From contig JACRIZ010000008.1 of assembly GCA_016235765.1 (NCBI GenBank), forward strand, positions 1,838 to 65,837: a stretch of 64,000 nucleotides of DNA, in the 5' to 3' direction. The stretch comes from Rhodocyclales bacterium. GTDB taxonomy: Bacteria > Pseudomonadota > Gammaproteobacteria > Burkholderiales > Rhodocyclaceae. Made by a program: the position numbers and the translations under genes. The notes beneath the pieces were generated by a model that was not told where the DNA came from, made no database searches, and worked only from the letters and a program-made list of their open reading frames with translations. Shown here piece by piece: positions 1 to 8,673 of this stretch. The first letter of the stretch is position 1. Every line of letters starts with the position of its first letter.

Positions 1-1459
1 GCTGATAGTGGAGCACGAACTGGCCGGCGTCGAGCGCTCGCCGCAGATTGAAGTGCATCGCCAGCCGCTCCTCCGCCTCTTCATTCATTTCCTCGTTGAA
101 GAAGCGGTGGGTGTTGCGGCCGGCATCCTTGGCCCGAAACATCGCCATATCGGCCTTCTTGAGCAGCGTGCCCAGATCGGTGCCATCGTCCGGATAGATG
201 GCGATGCCCATCGACACCGTAACCTCCAGCTCGAGGGCTTTGAGGCTGAACGGCTGTGCCAGCCCCTCCGTCAGCCTCGCCAGATGGGTGACGCAGGCTT
301 CGGCATCGGGCAGTCCCGGCAACAGAATCAGGAACTCGTCCCCCCCTTGGCGGCAGAGGGTATCGCTTTCCCGCAAACAGAGCTTCAGTCGCTTCGCCAC
401 CTCCACCAGCAATTGGTCCCCGACGCTGTGGCCCAGCGTATCGTTGATGGTCTTGAAGCGATCCAGGTCCACCATCAGCAAGGCGACCTTGCGCCCCGAC
501 GCGTCGGCGACGGCCGCCGCCTGCAGCATGCGGTCCTGGACCAGGGAGCGATTCGGCAGCCCGGTGAGAACATCGTAGTAGGCCAGATAGGTCGCCCGCT
601 CTTCCGCGGCCTTGCGCTCGCTGATGTCCGTGAAGATCCAGATGCTGCCTTCCTGGGGCCGCGCCGGATCGAGGGCCCGTCCCGTCGCCTCGGCCCAGAA
701 GCTGCTGCCGTCGGCCTTCACCATCAGCAGGCTGTCACCGACGCTCATGTTGTGCCCGAAGGCGCCATAAGCGGCTTCACCGGCCAGGATGTAGGCTTCC
801 TCCGAGGGAATCAACGCCCGCATCGACAGTCCGATCATGGCGCCCGGACCATAACCGAAGATGTCTTCGAAGCGGCGGTTGCAGCTGACGATCTGCCGGT
901 TCCTCAACATCACGATGCCGACCAGGGCGTTGTCGAGCAGGGCCTCCTTCTCCGCCAGCAGCGCGGCCACCATCTCCTCGTTGCGGCGGCGCTCGGTGAC
1001 GTCGCGCCCGACGAGGACACCGTAGTAACGTTCGTCCACCACTGCCAGGCAATAGGAGAGTTCCAGACAAATGCAGGCACCCGGCGGACCGAACTCGAAG
1101 GCTATGGAATGCGAGGGTGTTTCGCGGTCGCCCGGCGGACCGGGCATTTCCCGCCGCAGCGCATCGAGCATGGCCGATGCCTCGGCGATCCCCAGGGACT
1201 CGAAAGGTCGGCCAATCAGGGCATCGGCAGGCTCGCCCAGCAGCCGGCCGAGAGCGGCATTCGCGTCGGCAACCAGGCCTTCGGGCAGGGCGAGCAGGAT
1301 GACGAAGTCGGACGTGTGGTCCAGCAACGTGCGAAAACGCTCCAGCCGATCGATATTCTGCCGCAACTGCGGGTAGTAGCTCTTGCGGAACGAGCGCTCG
1401 CCCAGGCCGATGATCTGGTCCCGGCGCGCCAGCCAGTCGTCGGCGGCGTCAGAGGGCAT
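1..1459 (-). CDS. PAS-PAS-GGDEF-EAL signalling protein (3' end, EAL domain, runs off the window)
   Basis: My own reverse-complement translation; this ORF is not in the track. ATG at 1459-1457 (MPSDAADDWLARR...). It has two PAS-like segments, a GGDEF domain (LTGLPNR..., RQGGDEFLILL, YPDDG) and the start of an EAL domain (LRRALDAGQFVLHYQ) at the window edge. The listed + strand ORF 8..1477 is its antisense shadow. Overlaps the ADH stop by 11 nt. Confidence 0.85.
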   Translation of the reverse strand, partial: MPSDAADDWLARRDQIIGLGERSFRKSYYPQLRQNIDRLERFRTLLDHTSDFVILLALPEGLVADANAALGRLLGEPADALIGRPFESLGIAEASAMLDALRREMPGPPGDRETPSHSIAFEFGPPGACICLELSYCLAVVDERYYGVLVGRDVTERRRNEEMVAALLAEKEALLDNALVGIVMLRNRQIVSCNRRFEDIFGYGPGAMIGLSMRALIPSEEAYILAGEAAYGAFGHNMSVGDSLLMVKADGSSFWAEATGRALDPARPQEGSIWIFTDISERKAAEERATYLAYYDVLTGLPNRSLVQDRMLQAAAVADASGRKVALLMVDLDRFKTINDTLGHSVGDQLLVEVAKRLKLCLRESDTLCRQGGDEFLILLPGLPDAEACVTHLARLTEGLAQPFSLKALELEVTVSMGIAIYPDDGTDLGTLLKKADMAMFRAKDAGRNTHRFFNEEMNEEAEERLAMHFNLRRALDAGQFVLHYQ

Positions 1460-2606
1460 CGCCGTAGATCGCCGTGATATCAGCGACGCTCGTCCGACGC
1501 GGATTGGTGACCAGGCAGGCGTCGCGGACCGCATGCGCGGCGAGGTCGGGAATGTCCGCCGGACGAACGCCGCGCGTCGCCAATCCGTCGGCGATGCCGA
1601 CCCGCTGCCGCAGCGCGGTCAATTCCGCAACGATGCGCTTCGCCCGCTCCCGTTCCGCCATGCCGCGCATGTCGACGCCCATGATCTCGCCGATCCGGGC
1701 ATAGCGATCGGCCGCGGAGCCCATGTTGAAGCGCACCACGTGCTCGAGCAGCAGCGCATTGCACTCGCCGTGCGGCAGGTCCAGATAGCCGCCGAGCGCG
1801 TGGGCCAGGGCGTGCACGGCGCCCAGGCTGGCGTTCGAAAAGGCAAGGCCCGCATGCAGGCTGCCCAGCACCATGTTTTCCCGGGCCGGCATGTCGTGTG
1901 CGCCGGCGACCGCCTTTTCCAGGTTGGACCAGACCAGTTCGATGGCGGCGAGGGCATGAACGTCCACCACCGGAGAACTGGCGGTGGACACATAGGCCTC
2001 GATCGCGTGGGTCAGCGCATCGACGCCGGTGCAGGCGGTGAGATAGGGGCCCATGGTCGCGGTGGTCTCGGGATCGACCAGCGCTACGTCCGGTACCATG
2101 GTCTTGCTGATGATCGCCATCTTGTAGCGATCGGCGGCATTCATGACGATGCAGAACTGGGAAATCTCGGCCGCCGTGCCAGCCGTGGTCGGAATGCAGA
2201 TCAGCGGCGGCCCCGGAACCTCGACCTGGTCCACGCCCTCGAAGCCGAGGATGTCCTGGCCGTTCGCGTGCACTATGCCAATGCCCTTGGCGCAGTCCAT
2301 CACGCTGCCGCCGCCAACCGCGACGATCACATCGCAGTTCTCCCTGGCATAGACGGCGGCACCGGCCATTACCTCGTAATTCTTCGGATTCGGCGTAACC
2401 GCATCGAAGACGACCGACTCGATGCCCGCCGCGGCAAGGTCCGCTTGCACTTCCCTGGTCCAGCCGGCCGCGATCACCCCGGGGTCGCTGACTACCAGAA
2501 CCCGCCGGGCCCGCAGGTTGCGCGCGTAATGACCCACGCGATGACGAGATCCAACGCCGAAGATGAACTCCGGGGCGACGAATTTGCGCATTTCATAGAG
2601 CGGCAT
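1449..2606 (-). CDS. iron-containing (group III) alcohol dehydrogenase
   Basis: 385-aa ORF. N-terminus is typical of the Fe-ADH family (FVAPEFIFGVGSRHRVGHYARNLRARRVLVVSDPGV). Also carries GGGSVMDCAKG and His-rich metal-site segments (DALTHAIEAY, LGAVHALAHALG). Confidence 0.85.
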   Translation of the reverse strand: MPLYEMRKFVAPEFIFGVGSRHRVGHYARNLRARRVLVVSDPGVIAAGWTREVQADLAAAGIESVVFDAVTPNPKNYEVMAGAAVYARENCDVIVAVGGGSVMDCAKGIGIVHANGQDILGFEGVDQVEVPGPPLICIPTTAGTAAEISQFCIVMNAADRYKMAIISKTMVPDVALVDPETTATMGPYLTACTGVDALTHAIEAYVSTASSPVVDVHALAAIELVWSNLEKAVAGAHDMPARENMVLGSLHAGLAFSNASLGAVHALAHALGGYLDLPHGECNALLLEHVVRFNMGSAADRYARIGEIMGVDMRGMAERERAKRIVAELTALRQRVGIADGLATRGVRPADIPDLAAHAVRDACLVTNPRRTSVADITAIYGDAL

Positions 2607-2755
2607 TTCGGACCTCCGGAATCCCGATCGTCCCCAGGCCGAATACTAGGGCCAATGGCGCTTTGCGGGTTGACGACCATCAAACCGGGAACAGCGCCCC
2701 GCGCCAAGACCTTGCACCACGCTCGGCCATAGATACCTGCAGGAGCGGCGATAGA

Positions 2756-3664
2756 ATGGCTGTCGCCATCATGCTGACCGACCAGCCCCGCTCCTCCACC
2801 CCAATGCTCGCCGCCTCCCGGGAACCAGTCCCGACTTCGCCCGTGACCATCGTCGCCGGCATGCCGAGCCTGCCCACCTGGGCACGCCTGCCCATCAACC
2901 GCTGCAACCTGCCCGCAGTCATCCTTGGCGGCCTCACCTTCCAGCGCCATCCGACGCCGCTGGCGCTCGATGGCGTCGCCGAATTCCACGCCGACCTGTT
3001 CGAGATGCTCGACCGCTCCGAGGACCGCGCCGAGCGGGCGCGCCTGTTCCGCGACTACACGGCCGCGCACTTCTGCCTGGACCACCTGGAGGAAGCCGGC
3101 TTCGACGACCACACGAAGAAGCGCGCCAAGGCCAACTGGCTGCGCGTGCTGCGCGGCTGGAGCTTCGACGCCGACGGCCGCGAAGGTGCGGTGCTCAAGG
3201 GCTGGGTCGAGTCGCGCTTCGGCCTGCTGCCGCGCTTCCACGGCGAACCGCTGCGCGACTTCGTCTCGGCGCCCTACCTGCGCTACCTGGAAATGCGCTC
3301 GGCCGGCCTCTACGGCACCAACGCGCTGGAGGCCCAACTCGACCTGCTCTACGCCTACAGTCAATACGAATTCGCCAGGCTTGGCGTACCACCGCGGCTG
3401 ACTTTGTACCGCGGCATCAACCGCATCGCCGAACACGAGGTGCTCGCCGACCAGGGCGACCGGCAGGTGGTGCTGCTCAACAACGTCGTATCCTTCACCA
3501 CATCGCGCGAGCGGGCCGGGGAATTCGGCGACTACATCGTCGAGGCCCAGGTGCCGACCGCCAAGGTATTCTTCCATTGCGGCCTGCTGCCGGACCAACT
3601 GAAGGGCGAGGACGAACACCTGGTGATCGGCGGCGTCTACGAAGTGGCGCTGCGCACGTTATGA
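2756..3664 (+). CDS. draT: NAD+-dinitrogen-reductase ADP-ribosyltransferase DraT
   Basis: Strong resemblance to DraT as I recall it: REGAVLKGWVESRFGLLPRFH, LDLLYAYSQYEF, TLYRGIN, VVLLNNVVSFTTSRERAGEFGD, LKGEDEHLVIGGVYEV. The start is uncertain: ATG 2756 is chosen, the track ORF starts at 2663, and ATG 2771 is also possible. Confidence 0.85.
   Translation: MAVAIMLTDQPRSSTPMLAASREPVPTSPVTIVAGMPSLPTWARLPINRCNLPAVILGGLTFQRHPTPLALDGVAEFHADLFEMLDRSEDRAERARLFRDYTAAHFCLDHLEEAGFDDHTKKRAKANWLRVLRGWSFDADGREGAVLKGWVESRFGLLPRFHGEPLRDFVSAPYLRYLEMRSAGLYGTNALEAQLDLLYAYSQYEFARLGVPPRLTLYRGINRIAEHEVLADQGDRQVVLLNNVVSFTTSRERAGEFGDYIVEAQVPTAKVFFHCGLLPDQLKGEDEHLVIGGVYEVALRTL
3383..3405 (+). repeat. 23-nt motif copy a (21/23 to GGCGTGCCACCACGGCTGACTTT)
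   Basis: GGCGTACCACCGCGGCTGACTTT inside draT, read as GVPPRLTL. Confidence 0.8.
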
Positions 3665-3693
3665 TCCGTCCATCGACCCATTAGGAGCCGACC

Positions 3694-4611
3694 TTGTTCA
3701 AGGCTTTGTTCGGCGGCAAGCAGTCCAGCGAGGCACCGGAAGAAGTTCTGGAGGTGCCGGCCACGCTCATGCGCAAACCGCGGCCGGAGGAACTCAGGCA
3801 GGTCGTCGAGTATTTCCCGATCGGCAAGAAGATCCGCTACAGCCCGGAATACAAGAAGGAAGTCATCCTCGACACGCTGATCGTCGCCTACTGCGTCGAT
3901 GGCGAATTCATCTACTCGTGGGATGCCATCGAGGTCGACGCTGAGGGCGCGCCGACCGCCTTCCTGGTCGGCCCCAAGGCGCAGCGCATCGAGGTCGCCC
4001 GGGTCGCCGAGTTCCAGTTGCTGGTGCCCGACACCTCGGACCAGGAAGCCACCCTCGACTACCCGCGCCGGGCCATGATCGGCCGCGGCCGCCAGTTCCA
4101 CAAGGGCAACACCATCGCACTGATCTCCAATGCCGGCGTGCTTGGCGTGTCGACACTCGAGACCGAAGTCGACAAGCGCTTCGTCCTCAAGGACGGCCCC
4201 TACGCCCACTCGGCCATGGTGCTGCTGACACCGCAACTCGAGACCATCACGGTCTCCGACCAGCGCGGCAGCCATCGCGCCCGGATCGACGTGCCGGTGA
4301 CCATGACCATCCAGGAGCGACTGCGCGGCCCCGGCGTGATCGTGGACATCTCCGACGCCGCCATGCGCATCCGCGTCCGCGAGGGCCACACGATGCCGCC
4401 CATGGGCCGCGGCGACGACGTCACGCTCGACATCGACTTCGGCGGCGGCGACGAGGAACGCCTGTTCCGGATCAAGGCCGCGGTCATCCGCCGCTCGCCG
4501 GAATCCTGCGTCGTCCGCATCGTCGCGCATTTCAAGGACCGCCGCTTCGTACCGCTGGGCCCGCTCGACCTGCTGGAACTCAAGGCCGGGTTGCTCAATT
4601 ACGGCAAGTAA
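3694..4611 (+). CDS. PilZ-domain protein (C-terminal PilZ, unknown N-terminal domain)
   Basis: TTG start 6 nt after AGGAG (3683-3687), 30 nt downstream of the draT stop. The C-terminus has PilZ-like motifs: RGSHR (RxxxR), then DISDAAMRIRV (DxSxxG with G replaced by A). A beta-barrel-like segment follows. Confidence 0.7.
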   Translation: MFKALFGGKQSSEAPEEVLEVPATLMRKPRPEELRQVVEYFPIGKKIRYSPEYKKEVILDTLIVAYCVDGEFIYSWDAIEVDAEGAPTAFLVGPKAQRIEVARVAEFQLLVPDTSDQEATLDYPRRAMIGRGRQFHKGNTIALISNAGVLGVSTLETEVDKRFVLKDGPYAHSAMVLLTPQLETITVSDQRGSHRARIDVPVTMTIQERLRGPGVIVDISDAAMRIRVREGHTMPPMGRGDDVTLDIDFGGGDEERLFRIKAAVIRRSPESCVVRIVAHFKDRRFVPLGPLDLLELKAGLLNYGK

Positions 4612-4650
4612 GGCGGCAGGTCAGCGCCCGCCGCCTGCCACGCCAGAATC

Positions 4651-5592
4651 CTAGCGGCTGCCGACCTCAGTGATGCAGCGCGAATCAACCGTCGCATCCA
4701 CGGCAGAACGCGCCACTGGAACGGACATCAAATTCCCGCGCAGGGTGCGGATCAGGAGCCGTTCGCACTGCTCTGCGAGCACTTGCGCTCGTTCGATCTT
4801 CTCGACCGTCCCTTCCAGATATCGAACGGTCCGGTAGGGAGCACTCCCCGTTGCGGGAACCTTGGCCACTTCGTTGAACGCAATATCGAAAGACTCGGCG
4901 AGCAGGCGCGCGCTTTCATCCTTGATCCGCTGGCCGTCATTTGCCAACCAGAACGCCTGCGGATCGGTCGATTGGCCTGGCGACGAGATGACGCGGATGC
5001 TGGTTCGGTATGCGGCATCGGAACCCACGCCGGGCAACTGAATTGCCACCAGGTTATCGACGATGATCGCTTTCTGGTCCTGGGTCAGCCTGAATACCGG
5101 TACGCTCTCGACAAGGGTCGAACCTCCGGCATCAGCGTCAACCTCGATCAGGCGTGCCTCCCCGCCGACCTTCGCCCTGCCAATTGCCTTCTGCAACAGT
5201 TCCCGATAGGTGAACTTGTCCAGGCAGGGCTTGTACGGCTCCAGTACCTGATCGGCGGTGGCCTGCATCCGGTCCTTCTGCTTCTGCTTCGCCACATCCA
5301 TTACCACGCCATGCGCAAAGATTCCGACCAGCAGGCCCGCGACGCCAGGCGCCGGATAAAGCATTCCCGCCGTACCCATTCCGGCCTCGTCGAAACTGGC
5401 CACGCCATGGTAGGTCACCGGGGCGTCGGGTGGCAACCGCAACGACCATCTAGACTGCGTCTGAAGGTCCACTGGCGTCGCCTCGACCGAAACCGCAGCT
5501 TCGTCCGCAACGGCTAGCGAGTGATGCGACAACAGGAGGCCGGCCAGCGCAGCAATCAGCGTAAAGCGCATCACGACCTGACCCTGGGTCAT
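4651..5592 (-). CDS. exported hypothetical protein
   Basis: 313-aa ORF with an N-terminal signal-like segment (MRFTLIAALAGLLLSHHSLAVA). ATGA overlap with the upstream lipoprotein gene. GC is lower than the surroundings. Confidence 0.6.
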   Translation of the reverse strand: MTQGQVVMRFTLIAALAGLLLSHHSLAVADEAAVSVEATPVDLQTQSRWSLRLPPDAPVTYHGVASFDEAGMGTAGMLYPAPGVAGLLVGIFAHGVVMDVAKQKQKDRMQATADQVLEPYKPCLDKFTYRELLQKAIGRAKVGGEARLIEVDADAGGSTLVESVPVFRLTQDQKAIIVDNLVAIQLPGVGSDAAYRTSIRVISSPGQSTDPQAFWLANDGQRIKDESARLLAESFDIAFNEVAKVPATGSAPYRTVRYLEGTVEKIERAQVLAEQCERLLIRTLRGNLMSVPVARSAVDATVDSRCITEVGSR

Positions 5593-6335
5593 TGGATCGC
5601 ACTCGGCGATTGGGCGCGACCAAGTGTTGCCGTGGGCACACCCTCGCCCTTGATGGGCTTCAGCAAGGTGTCCTTGGCAATTTCGACGGCCTGGAAATAG
5701 GCGTTGGTCAAGCCGGGGAATGTCGGTGGCTCATCCCATTTCCCGTCGGCGCTCTTGGTAACGACAACAGGCAGGTACCAATCGTAGGCGTTCGTTTTCA
5801 TGTCGACCAGATAACCATTGCCATTGAGGTAGGCCTTGGGATCGCTGGTTGGGATGTAAGCCGAATAGGTCCTGATAAAGCCAAGGGCCTTCATTTCGAT
5901 GACCAATAGCCGGTTGATGTTGTACTTCTTGCCCACTGCCGTGAAGTCCTTCTTGGCGATATTCTCGCCGCCGCCGTCAAACGATGGCAATGCATCGAGA
6001 TCGATGTATTCGTCGATCACCAGCGCGTCCGCACCCTTGGCGCGCAAGTGCTTGGCAACGGTCTCCTTCATCGACGTAAGGTCGTCATGCGGCAATGTCT
6101 GGGCATGGGTCGTCAGGTCAGCATTCGCCAATGTGGCTGTCGCCAGGCAAACCAGGCAGCTTGCGCCAGGAATCTGCGTATCGAGTTTTGGCAGCGTGGT
6201 CATTGCCACGCCAACGCGGCCCGACTTCGAACCGATTGCATCTTGCGCAAGCGAAATAGGTTGTTGGGGCTTCGTTGCACAGCCGGAAACGACGACGGCA
6301 ATGGTTACCAGTGCCAAACTCAAACGACAATTCAT
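5589..6335 (-). CDS. lipoprotein of unknown function
   Basis: Internal ATG at 6335 is preceded by GGGGAGAG. Signal plus lipobox MNCRLSLALVTIAVVVSGC. About 47-52% GC in the segments I counted, against about 66% elsewhere. Confidence 0.65.
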   Translation of the reverse strand: MNCRLSLALVTIAVVVSGCATKPQQPISLAQDAIGSKSGRVGVAMTTLPKLDTQIPGASCLVCLATATLANADLTTHAQTLPHDDLTSMKETVAKHLRAKGADALVIDEYIDLDALPSFDGGGENIAKKDFTAVGKKYNINRLLVIEMKALGFIRTYSAYIPTSDPKAYLNGNGYLVDMKTNAYDWYLPVVVTKSADGKWDEPPTFPGLTNAYFQAVEIAKDTLLKPIKGEGVPTATLGRAQSPSAIQ

Positions 6336-6502
6336 TGTGACTCTCCCCTTTTTCCGGTGGAACGCTGTACGTGCCAATTGCACCGGCATAATCTTATGAC
6401 AAAATACCCATTGCTGGGTACTGGTCATTGCGCGAACGTTTGCGTCCTCCGGGTATGATGCGTCTTGTTGGGTGGCGTATCGCCTCCCGCGAGAGGCATG
6501 CC

Positions 6503-6772
6503 ATGACCAGAAACCCCAAGCGCTCCAGCACGACCCTTATCATCGCCGCCGTCGTCCTCGTCCTGGCCTTCGTGCTCAATCCGTCGCCGGACCGGCACCG
6601 CGAGAAGATTCGGTCGGTGATCGCCGAACGCAATCCGATCGCCGGTGCGCTGGGCGTGGGCGCGCTTACCGCCTTCGCCTCCGGCTACCACTCATTGGGG
6701 GTCGCGTCCTATACGAAGCTCGACGACCGGCTGGCGTCGATCGGCTTCATGGGGATGGTATTCGTCCTGTAG
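6503..6772 (+). CDS. small membrane protein (one N-terminal TM helix)
   Basis: ATG at 6503 (MTRNPKRSSTTLIIAAVVLVLAFVL...). The start upstream of this in the track ORF looks non-coding. Confidence 0.5.
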   Translation: MTRNPKRSSTTLIIAAVVLVLAFVLNPSPDRHREKIRSVIAERNPIAGALGVGALTAFASGYHSLGVASYTKLDDRLASIGFMGMVFVL

Positions 6773-6780
6773 TCGCCGGT

Positions 6781-7032
6781 TCAGGCGGCCCGCTTCACCA
6801 CGCGGTGCGGCGGTCTGGCGGCGGCGCGGGCCTGAACCGCATACTTCCAGTTCGGCCGCTTGCCGACCACCGAAGCAACCGCGGCTTCGGCACCGTCGAC
6901 CAGGATGGAGCCGGGCATGCTGTCGACAACGGTCGCCGATTTCCGCAAGGCGGAAACCAAGGCGCGTTCCTCCGCGGGGGGCGGATCGCTCAGACCGTTA
7001 TAGACGACGACGAAGCGGCTCATGTGGTTCAT
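6781..7032 (-). CDS. small hypothetical protein downstream of the S8 peptidase
   Basis: ATG at 7032 lies immediately after the peptidase TAG (7034-7036). 83 aa, no recognisable motif. Confidence 0.4.
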   Translation of the reverse strand: MNHMSRFVVVYNGLSDPPPAEERALVSALRKSATVVDSMPGSILVDGAEAAVASVVGKRPNWKYAVQARAAARPPHRVVKRAA

Positions 7033-7033
7033 G

Positions 7034-8542
7034 CTACACCAACAGGCCGGCGCCTTCAAACGTGGCGCCGAAGCCCAGTTCCTCGGCGGCCTTCAGGGCG
7101 AGGTGGATGATGGCGTCGGACCGCTTCTGGTCGCGCGCCATGTTCAGAATCCGCGACTGGCGGCCGAGCTGCCGCGCCAGGGAACCCGTGATCGCCGGAC
7201 AGGCCATGGACGTCCCGTCCATTACCGCGTAGCCGCCCGGATAGGCGGAGACAATGCCCACGCCGGGGCCGGTCAGGTCGACCTCGCTGCCGACGTTGCT
7301 GAAATTGGCGACGAAGTTCTTGCGGTCGGTACCGAACGGCTTCTGGATTGTCAGCGCCTGGGCCGCGCCGGCAGGATAGGTTCCCTTGCGGCCGAAGGCA
7401 CTGACCGCCATGGTCTGCGCATAGCGCGCCGGGTAGGAAACCGCGCCGCGGTAGTCGTTGCCGGTGGCGGCGAGACAGACGACGCCCAGCGCGCGGGCGC
7501 GCTGGATCTCGCGCAGCACGTCGGGCATGTCACCTTCGCCACCCAGCGACAGGTTGATCAGGTCGCAGCCGTCGTCGACCGCCTGGCGGATGGCCTTGGC
7601 GATGGCGAACGACTCGGCCGTCTCGCTGCTGCGCCCGAACACGCGATAGACATGCAACGCCACCCCGGGGGCGGCACCGCGCACGCCCTGGCCGGCGAGG
7701 CCGCGGCCGGCGATGATGCCGCACACGTGGGTGCCATGGCCCATCCGGTCGTCGAAGTCGGCCGCCGGCTCGCCCCGCACCACGTTCATGCCCTTGGCGA
7801 ACCTCAGGTCGGGGTGCTTCGCGGCGCCGGTATCGATCACCGCGACGCGAACGCCCTCGCCATCGGTATCGCGGCCGGCAAGCCCGAAATGCCCGCGCAT
7901 GTCGCGGTCGCCAAGGTCGATCGGCGAGCAAGCCAGGCACGGCGCACCGGTGGCGAGAGACAGCTCGGCGACATGGGCCGGCCAGTGTCCGTGGGCCGGA
8001 TAGGCCTCGACCGACTCCAGCTTGCGCACCCCCGCCGGCAGCAGCAGCCTGGCGATGCCGCGCTTGTTGCTGCGGGCCACGGCGCCGGTCCTTTCGCTGC
8101 GGCTGATCAGCGCGACCACGTCGACGCCCTCCAGCGGCCCGCCGGTCTGCTTGTCCGTCACCGCGACCTCGAAGACGAAGCGGCTGCCTGCCGCGGACAC
8201 GACGCCGGGCACGGCATTGACCTGCCGGTGCCGCAGCCACAAGGGCGACAGTTGCGTGACGGGCACGACGCGCAGCCCGGGGTGGGCACGCAACAGCTTG
8301 ATGCGCTCCGCCTCGCCCATCGAGACCAGCATGGTCTCCTGCGGCGCCACCTGGTCGAGCAGGGTCATCTTGAAATCGAAGGCCTTGAGCGACAGCAGCA
8401 CGCCGGCACGCGGGGCGGCATTCAGCAGGCGCGTCGCGGTGCGCAGGAAGGAGGCGCTGGTACCGGGTTGCCGTTCATTCCAGACATTCAGCCCGGGCAG
8501 GACCACGAATCGTAGAAATCCCGCCGGCTTGGTTACCGCCAT
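7034..8542 (-). CDS. subtilisin-like serine peptidase (S8 family), no obvious signal peptide
   Basis: Catalytic triad contexts are present: VAVIDTG (Asp), HGTHVCGIIAG (His), GTSMACPAITG (Ser). SD GGGAGGG precedes the ATG at 8542. The long + strand ORF 7022..8515 is an antisense shadow. Confidence 0.85.
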   Translation of the reverse strand: MAVTKPAGFLRFVVLPGLNVWNERQPGTSASFLRTATRLLNAAPRAGVLLSLKAFDFKMTLLDQVAPQETMLVSMGEAERIKLLRAHPGLRVVPVTQLSPLWLRHRQVNAVPGVVSAAGSRFVFEVAVTDKQTGGPLEGVDVVALISRSERTGAVARSNKRGIARLLLPAGVRKLESVEAYPAHGHWPAHVAELSLATGAPCLACSPIDLGDRDMRGHFGLAGRDTDGEGVRVAVIDTGAAKHPDLRFAKGMNVVRGEPAADFDDRMGHGTHVCGIIAGRGLAGQGVRGAAPGVALHVYRVFGRSSETAESFAIAKAIRQAVDDGCDLINLSLGGEGDMPDVLREIQRARALGVVCLAATGNDYRGAVSYPARYAQTMAVSAFGRKGTYPAGAAQALTIQKPFGTDRKNFVANFSNVGSEVDLTGPGVGIVSAYPGGYAVMDGTSMACPAITGSLARQLGRQSRILNMARDQKRSDAIIHLALKAAEELGFGATFEGAGLLV

Positions 8543-8673
8543 GTTGCCCTCCCATGTCGCTTAGGTTTCCAGACATCATATCCGGTCCCGGTCCCGGCGG
8601 CCGCCGTGTCCTGGCACCCGAACAACAGGATCACGCCGTCCAAAAACCACGCCGTTTCGGGCATCATGCGCCC

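Noticed and set aside
8-1477. 489-aa + strand ORF
   Set aside because: It is the antisense shadow of a clean PAS-GGDEF-EAL gene on the minus strand. Its own translation is Arg/Gly/Ala/Gln-rich with no motifs.
4601-4650. GC-rich imperfect inverted repeat between the convergent PilZ and exported-protein genes
   Set aside because: The stem is imperfect and there is no U-tract on either strand, so I was not confident enough to call a terminator.
8607-8625. TGGCACCCGAACAACAGG, which looks like a -24 sigma54 element between the S8 peptidase and the binding-protein genes
   Set aside because: There is no GC dinucleotide at the -12 register and no UAS.
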